DNA of 64,000 nt, from the NCBI GenBank assembly GCA_038224325.1, contig JBBRFL010000002.1, forward strand, positions 8,352 to 72,351, read 5' to 3'. The notes below the pieces were generated by a model that saw only the letters and a program-made list of their open reading frames with translations, did not search any database and was not told where the DNA came from. Position 1 is the stretch's first letter. Every line of letters begins with the position of its first letter. Of this stretch, positions 58,620 through 64,000 are shown piece after piece. The DNA is from Thermoanaerobaculia bacterium (lineage in GTDB: Bacteria > Acidobacteriota > Thermoanaerobaculia > UBA5066 > Gp7-AA6). The translations under genes and the position numbers were made by a program.

Positions 58620-59791
58620 GTCCGCCTCCCGGACGCCGCGGGCAGCGCCAGCGCCTCGGCCCGCACGCTCGCGCGCCGCACGTCCTGGACGACGCCCGGC
58701 ATGAGATCGAGCACCCGCGAGACCTCCGCGTCGGTGGTCAGGCGGGACAGCGAAAAGCGGACGACCCCGCGCGCCTCGCTCTCGGGGATCCCCAGCGCGC
58801 GAATCGCCGGCGAGGGCGCCAGCGTGCCGCTCGAACAGGCGCTGCCGACGGAAACGGCGACCCCCTCAAGGTCCAGCCGGATCAAGAGCGTCTCCCCCGA
58901 GACTCCCGCGAACGCCACGGCGGAGGTGTTCCCCAACCTCGGCCCGCCCCCGCCCACTACGCGCGCGCCCGGGATCCTTCCCGTGAGTCCGGCCTCCAGC
59001 CGATCGCGCAGGGCCGACACCCGCGCCGCCTCCGGCAGCCGGGCGGCCGCGAGCCGGGCGGCCGCGGCGAACCCGGCGGCCGCTACGGGATTCTCGGTGC
59101 CGGCGCGCAGCCGCCTCTCCTGCCCTCCCCCCGGGGTGTGCGACTCGATCGACACGCCGCGCCGCACGTACAGGGCTCCCGCGCCCCGGGGGCCGTGGAG
59201 CTTGTGGGCGGACAGCGAGAGGAGGTCCACGCCCCAGTCGGTCACGTCGAGAGGCATTCGTCCCGCCGCCTGGACCGCGTCGGTGTGGAAGAGGCTCCCC
59301 CGCCGCCGAACCTCCTCGCCGAGCTCGCGGACGGGAAAGACTCCCCCGTACTCGTTGTTTGCGGCCATCACCGATACGAGGACCGTCCCGGGAACTACGG
59401 CTTCGAGCACCCGGATTGTGTCGAGCGTCCCGTCGGAATCGGGCGAGACGGCGACCACCTCGAAGCGCCCGGTCGAGGCGAGCCGGGCCGCGCACTCGCG
59501 CACGGACGGATGCTCGACGGCGGAAATCACGACTCGCCCGGTCTTTCCGGCGCAGGCGCCGAAGATCGCGAGCGCGTTCGATTCGGTTCCACCGGAGGTC
59601 AGGACGATCTCGTCCCCGCGGGAGCCGATGAGCGCGGCGATCTCCCCGCGCGCCTCCTCGAGTCGCCGGCGGGCGTCCTGGCCCACCTGGTGAACGGAGG
59701 AGGGATTGCCGTACGCGCCGAGGGCGTCTTCCATCGCGGCCCGCGCTTCGGGTGCGAGCTGAGTGGATGCGTTGTTGTCGAGGTAAATCAT
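58616..59791 (-). CDS. Cysteine desulfurase (NifS/IscS-like, class V aminotransferase)
   Basis: The N-terminus MIYLDNNASTQ, a PLP lysine (SLSAHKLHGPRGAG) and the active-site Cys loop (SVGSACSSG) are present. The product is 391 aa. I split it from the longer ORF track entry. Confidence 0.85.
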   Translation of the reverse strand: MIYLDNNASTQLAPEARAAMEDALGAYGNPSSVHQVGQDARRRLEEARGEIAALIGSRGDEIVLTSGGTESNALAIFGACAGKTGRVVISAVEHPSVRECAARLASTGRFEVVAVSPDSDGTLDTIRVLEAVVPGTVLVSVMAANNEYGGVFPVRELGEEVRRRGSLFHTDAVQAAGRMPLDVTDWGVDLLSLSAHKLHGPRGAGALYVRRGVSIESHTPGGGQERRLRAGTENPVAAAGFAAAARLAAARLPEAARVSALRDRLEAGLTGRIPGARVVGGGGPRLGNTSAVAFAGVSGETLLIRLDLEGVAVSVGSACSSGTLAPSPAIRALGIPESEARGVVRFSLSRLTTDAEVSRVLDLMPGVVQDVRRASVRAEALALPAASGRRT

Positions 59792-59902
59792 GTGTTCAGA
59801 TTCCCGGACGTTCTTCAAAATTATCGCTCCGGAACGGGCGGCCCGTGAAACTTTTCTGAAGGAATAGCCGTAGCGAACCCAGGGGTTAAGATCGGCAGTC
59901 CC

Positions 59903-62900
59903 ATGGTGCGCAAGGTCTCCTTCGGCCTCTGGGTCTGGTTGTTCGCGCTCTCCGGAGCCGCATCGGGCGCGACCGTGCCCGAGTTCACCCCCGCCCAGCG
60001 CGCCGAACGCCTCAAGGCGCTTCCCGAGGAAGACCGGAAGTGGCTCGAAGAATACGTCGCGCCCATTATCCTGCCGGAGGAGGCGCGGCTGTATCTGCAG
60101 CTGACTGAGCCTCATCAGCGCGAGATCTTTCGCGGGGATTTCTGGGCAAGGCGCGAGCGCGCCGGCCTGGCGCCGCCCCTGGGACCCGGCTATCGGAGCC
60201 GCTACGAGCACCTTCGCGAGGTCGCGGCGTCCGACTACGACGGACTGACCAACGAAGCCGGCAAGCTCGTCGTTCGCCAGGGCGAGCCTCAGGACATCCA
60301 TCGCTTCGACGACTGCGGCGATGTGTTCCGCTCGCTCGAGGTGTGGACGTACCTGCGCGAGAGAAACGGGGTCGCCGTCCCCAGCCGCTCGATCTTCTAT
60401 CGGCCGTCGCCCGGGGCGCCGCGGAAGCTCTGGTATCCGGCCATCCCGGAACGGGAGGTCTTCGTCGCCTCGGCCTGCCTCCGGAGCTTCGCCGACGCCT
60501 GCCGGCCGGCGGGAGCGGGACCCGCTCCGAAGTCGGATTGCGCCAACCCCCAGTCGACGACCAGCTGTCCCGCGGCGTGCGCGATCGCCGAGGTCGCGGT
60601 GGAGATCCAGGCGCGCGGCCTCGGAGCGGCGGAATACGCAGCGCTCGACACACCTCCCCCCGTAGACACCGAAGACCTCTCCCGTCTCGCCGGCCGCTTC
60701 GCCTCCGTCGAAGGCTCGACGGCGCGCCCCCTCGACGTCGAGGGGCCCTCCTCCTCCTCGGCGGCGGTCGCGCCCACCTCGCCCTCCGCCCGGGTCTCGA
60801 CGGGCGCGGCTGCTTCCGCCAGCGCGCCGGCGCCCGCGCGCCGCAAGCTCTCCAAGAAGGAGGCGCGCGCGCTCACCGAGGCCCTGTCCCAGAAGTACCG
60901 CGACTTCCTCAATCTCGTCGAGCTGATCGTCACCGACGACGAGCGCGAGGTCTTCCTCCAGATCCACGAGAACTACCAGAAGGACAAGTTCATCGAGGCC
61001 TTCTGGAAGCGGCGGTCGATCGACGCCCAGGGGCTCCGGACCGACTTCCGCGCGACCTACACGCGCCGCGTCGAGCAGGCCCTGGAGCAATTCAAGGACC
61101 TGCGCAACGACCGGGCGAGGATGTTCGTCATCAACGGCGCCCCGGACGCGGTCATCCCGATCGATTGCGACGACGTCTACGTTCCCCTCCAGATCTGGTA
61201 CTACGACCGGATCGAGGCCCTCAAGAGCAAGGTCTACCTGATCTTCTATCAGCCCGGGGGCGTCGGCCCCTTCAAGCTCTGGCTGCCCCTCGACGGCCAG
61301 GGCGTTCTCCTCGTGGGCGTCGGAACGGCCTCGCAGATGACGGCGTCCCGCACGCCCGACATCCAGCGCTGCTTCGAGTGGCGCACGGTGCAGCAGGCGA
61401 TCGCCTACAGCACGACGGTCCTGGGCACGGGCGCGTTCTCCATGCAGGGAGCGAGCAAGCTCTTCGAGCCGCCGAGCGTGGAGACGGAGGGCGTCGACCA
61501 GATCCTCTCCATGACGACCGATCTCCACGAGGATTCGACCACCCTCGCCGTCGCCAAGCTCGTGCGGTTTCCGGAGCTCCGGGCCAACAAGCTCGGCATG
61601 GACCTCTCGCTGCTGGTGCCCCGGACCGAGCTGAAGTCGCGGGCGCTCGGCGAGGAGACCTTCTACAACATCGACATCATCGGCGAGATCGTGCGCGACG
61701 ATCGGCTGATCGACAACTTCAAGTATCGCTTCGACATCCCGACCGGTGAGATCGCGGGAGAGAAGATCCCGCTCACCGTGCGCCGCTACCTCTATCCGGG
61801 GGAGTACAAGCTGATCCTCAAGATCTCCGACGGAAACCAGAACGCGGAAGGCCGCCTGACCGAAGTGCTCCGCGTCCCCGAGCAGCCGGACGCGCCTCCG
61901 CCCCAGATCGTCGCGGCGCGCGCGGAGGGGAAGGCCGCGATCGACAAGATGCAGGACGCCGGGTTGATGCCCTCCGCCATCTCGCTCCTGCCGATCGCCA
62001 AGGAGATCGTCACGGGGCTCCAGCGGTTCGAGACCAAGGCCGCGGAGGGGGTCAAGGCGGTCGACTTCTTCCTGAACGGCACCCGGATCATGACCCGCAC
62101 GAAGGCGCCCTTCGACGCGGACCTGAACCTCGGGCCGCTGCCCCGAAAGCACACGATCCGCGTCGTGGCCTACGGCCCGACCGGCCGCGCCGTCGGGGAA
62201 GACGAGTACACGGTCAACGAGGGGCGCGAAGTCTTCCGGGTGCGGATCACCTCGCCGGACAAGGGCTCCAAGGTGGCCGGGCCGACCAAGGTCGTGGCCG
62301 CCGTCGCGGTCCCCGAGGGCAAGGCCCTCCAGAAACTCGAGTTCTACTCCAACGAATCGCGCGTCGCGACCCTGTACCAGGCCCCTTACGAGCAGACGGT
62401 TGCGATCAAGCAGTCCTCGTCCCTCGGGTACGTCCGGGTGGTCGGCACGCTCGACGACGGCACGGTGGCGGAGGATCTCCGGTACGTCAACGCGCCGCAG
62501 TTCGTCTCCGAGGTCACGGTCGACGCGGTCGAGCTCTACACGACGGTGACCGACAAGGGACGTCCCGTGAACACGCTGCAGGCCTCCAACTTCAAGGTCT
62601 TCGAGGACGGAGTCATCCAGCCGATCCAGGGATTCGAGTACGTCAAGAACCTCCCGCTATCGCTCGGACTCATGATCGACACCTCCGCGTCCATGCTCGA
62701 GTCGCTGCCCGAGGTGGAACAGGCGGCGCTGCGGTTCCTGGATTACTCCGTGGCGGCCAAGGATCGCGCGTTCGTCGTCTCCTTCGACAACGAGCCCTAC
62801 CTGCTCTCCAAGCTGACGGGCCGCAAGGACAAGCTGCTCCGGGCCCTCTCGGGGCTGCGCGCGGAGGGCTCCACCGCGCTCTACGACGCGATCATCTACG

Positions 62901-63301
62901 GGCTGTACCAGTTCACGGGAGTCAAGGGCAAGAAGGCCCTGGTGATCCTGACCGACGGCAAGGACACGGCCTCCAAGTTCGACTACGACACGCTCCTCGA
63001 GTACGTGCGCAAATCGGGACTGTCTATCTACGCCATCGGCCTGAAGATCTCGGGCGCCGATCTCGAGGTGAAGTACAAGCTGAACAAGATCGCCCAGGTG
63101 ACGGGGGGCCAGACGTTCTACGTCGACTCGTCGAAGAACCTCGAGGCCGTCTACCGGCAGATCAACGAGGACCTCCGGAGCCAGTACCTGCTGACGTACT
63201 ACTCGACCAACAGCGAAGGCAAGGAGAAGTGGCGCAAGGTGGAAATCAAGGTCGAGCCCACGAGCCTCCAGGCGAGGACGATCAGCGGGTACTACCCATG
63301 A
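59903..63301 (+). CDS. Large secreted protein with two GWxTD-like domains and a C-terminal Acidobacterial-type VWA (VWFA-related) domain
   Basis: A signal peptide is present. Two repeats each end in ...G(E/A)P(Q/D)....D..(V/L)(W/Q)(V/I)W(T/Y)Y (GKLVVRQGEPQDIHRF...LEVWTY and ARMFVINGAPDAVIPI...LQIWYY), matching the organisation of the GWxTD domain. The C-terminal VWA domain has a MIDAS DxSxS motif (LGLMIDTSASM...GSTALYDAI...LTDGKD). The product is 1132 aa. Confidence 0.6.
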   Translation: MVRKVSFGLWVWLFALSGAASGATVPEFTPAQRAERLKALPEEDRKWLEEYVAPIILPEEARLYLQLTEPHQREIFRGDFWARRERAGLAPPLGPGYRSRYEHLREVAASDYDGLTNEAGKLVVRQGEPQDIHRFDDCGDVFRSLEVWTYLRERNGVAVPSRSIFYRPSPGAPRKLWYPAIPEREVFVASACLRSFADACRPAGAGPAPKSDCANPQSTTSCPAACAIAEVAVEIQARGLGAAEYAALDTPPPVDTEDLSRLAGRFASVEGSTARPLDVEGPSSSSAAVAPTSPSARVSTGAAASASAPAPARRKLSKKEARALTEALSQKYRDFLNLVELIVTDDEREVFLQIHENYQKDKFIEAFWKRRSIDAQGLRTDFRATYTRRVEQALEQFKDLRNDRARMFVINGAPDAVIPIDCDDVYVPLQIWYYDRIEALKSKVYLIFYQPGGVGPFKLWLPLDGQGVLLVGVGTASQMTASRTPDIQRCFEWRTVQQAIAYSTTVLGTGAFSMQGASKLFEPPSVETEGVDQILSMTTDLHEDSTTLAVAKLVRFPELRANKLGMDLSLLVPRTELKSRALGEETFYNIDIIGEIVRDDRLIDNFKYRFDIPTGEIAGEKIPLTVRRYLYPGEYKLILKISDGNQNAEGRLTEVLRVPEQPDAPPPQIVAARAEGKAAIDKMQDAGLMPSAISLLPIAKEIVTGLQRFETKAAEGVKAVDFFLNGTRIMTRTKAPFDADLNLGPLPRKHTIRVVAYGPTGRAVGEDEYTVNEGREVFRVRITSPDKGSKVAGPTKVVAAVAVPEGKALQKLEFYSNESRVATLYQAPYEQTVAIKQSSSLGYVRVVGTLDDGTVAEDLRYVNAPQFVSEVTVDAVELYTTVTDKGRPVNTLQASNFKVFEDGVIQPIQGFEYVKNLPLSLGLMIDTSASMLESLPEVEQAALRFLDYSVAAKDRAFVVSFDNEPYLLSKLTGRKDKLLRALSGLRAEGSTALYDAIIYGLYQFTGVKGKKALVILTDGKDTASKFDYDTLLEYVRKSGLSIYAIGLKISGADLEVKYKLNKIAQVTGGQTFYVDSSKNLEAVYRQINEDLRSQYLLTYYSTNSEGKEKWRKVEIKVEPTSLQARTISGYYP

Positions 63302-63359
63302 GTAACGGCGGGAACGATTTTTAGATTTTGGTTTCAGATTTGGACGCCTCCCCCGACAA

Positions 63360-63387
63360 TCCAAAATCCAAACTCCAAACTCCAAAA
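63360..63387 (+). repeat. Heptanucleotide tandem repeat (TCCAAAM)x4 immediately 5' of the maf start codon
   Basis: The repeat reads tccaaaa tccaaac tccaaac tccaaaa and is followed directly by the TTG at 63388. Its reverse complement gattttgg occurs at about 63324-63331. The 63304..63387 segment is about 40% GC in a 69% GC genome. Confidence 0.6.
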
Positions 63388-63975
63388 TTGATTCTCGCCT
63401 CGGCTTCGCCCCGTCGCGCCGAGATTCTTCGCTCGCTCGGGATTCACTTCCGGGTCCAGCCGGCTGACGTTTCGGAGGAGTCCCTCCCGGGGGAGACCGC
63501 GGAGACGACGGCGGTGAGGCTGGCCGGCGAAAAGGCGGCGGAGGTCGCGCGACGCGAGCCAGGTTCGTGGGTCCTCGCGGCCGACACGCTCGTCTTCCTG
63601 GACGGGCTGGTCCTCGGGAAGCCGCGCGACGCGCGGGACGCGGCGAGGATGCTGCGGCTCCTGGCGGGGCGGGAGCATCGGGTGGTCACGGCGCTGCACC
63701 TGCGGAACGGGCCCTCACCCGGCTCGGGCGTCGCGGAGGTCAGCCGCGTGCGCTTCGCCGACATGGACGACGCGGAGATCGAATGGTACGTCGCGACCGG
63801 CGAGCCGGCCGACAAGGCCGGAGCCTACGGGGTGCAGGGGCTCGGCGCGCGATTCATCGAGGAGATCCACGGCTCGTTCACCAACGTGATGGGCCTGCCC
63901 GCGCGCGCCGTGTACCGGCTGCTCAGAGACGTCCGAGATCCCGCTCTTGCGTCGCTCGCTCTTTCTTCCGGCTGA
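63388..63975 (+). CDS. maf: Maf-like nucleoside triphosphate pyrophosphatase
   Basis: The N-terminus (M)ILASASPRRAEILRSLGI and the motifs VLAADTLV and AGAYGVQG match Maf. Upstream in-frame TTGs at 63328 and 63340 would add a low-complexity extension, so I prefer the TTG at 63388. Confidence 0.75.
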   Translation: MILASASPRRAEILRSLGIHFRVQPADVSEESLPGETAETTAVRLAGEKAAEVARREPGSWVLAADTLVFLDGLVLGKPRDARDAARMLRLLAGREHRVVTALHLRNGPSPGSGVAEVSRVRFADMDDAEIEWYVATGEPADKAGAYGVQGLGARFIEEIHGSFTNVMGLPARAVYRLLRDVRDPALASLALSSG

Positions 63976-64000
63976 GCTTCATCTCGTACATCCGGGCGTC

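Noticed and set aside
58616-62152. A 1178-aa minus-strand ORF extending from the cysteine desulfurase across the large plus-strand gene
   Set aside because: Upstream of the MIYLDNNAST start, the translation is low-complexity and antisense to the VWA protein. The desulfurase homology begins at the ATG at 59791.

Overview
This 64 kb window is about 69% GC and densely coding, and looks like a chromosomal core region rather than a mobile island. Three protein families suggest the phylum Acidobacteria: a giant protein with GWxTD repeats and an Acidobacterial-type VWA domain, an ECF sigma factor paired with a Ser/Thr kinase, and CSLREA-type beta-helix proteins. I resolve about 53 protein genes. Housekeeping genes are prolyl-tRNA synthetase (proS), NADP-malic enzyme (maeB), glutamate dehydrogenase (gdhA), biotin carboxylase and its carrier (accC, accB), a (p)ppGpp synthetase/hydrolase of the RelA/SpoT family, translocase subunits yajC, secD and secF, ribosomal protein L28 (rpmB), tgt, mnmA, a cysteine desulfurase, folK and maf. 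Envelope genes include a complete type IV pilus inner and outer membrane module (pilM, pilN, pilO, pilP and the secretin pilQ), a FadL-like outer membrane protein and several secreted lipoproteins. I found no rRNA, tRNA, CRISPR array, transposase or prophage gene. The ORF track contains many long antisense or out-of-frame ORFs that are high-GC artefacts, and several track ORFs are fusions that I split (maeB/proS, accC/thiE-aroK, and the three-subunit Mo hydroxylase).

The most unusual features, in order of interest:
- An in-frame fusion of thiamine-phosphate synthase and shikimate kinase (ThiE-AroK), translationally coupled to accC.
- Two recent tandem paralogs (about 800 aa each) encoding secreted proteins with a CSLREA-type parallel beta-helix, an IPT/TIG domain and three Cys-rich SLH-like C-terminal repeats.
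- An ECF sigma factor coupled to a transmembrane Ser/Thr kinase, preceded by a degenerate duplicate of the sigma factor's own 5' end.
- A 17-gene co-directional cluster on the minus strand that runs from pilMNOPQ through lipoproteins and a TPR plus roadblock/LC7 pair into accB, accC, thiE-aroK and a HEAT-cyclophilin gene.
- A terminator hairpin and AT-rich segment just upstream of rpmB, which may be a small RNA or leader.
- A folK gene with no canonical start codon.
- A heptanucleotide tandem repeat abutting the maf start codon.

All coordinates were derived by hand from the ORF track frames and may be off by a few nucleotides at start codons.
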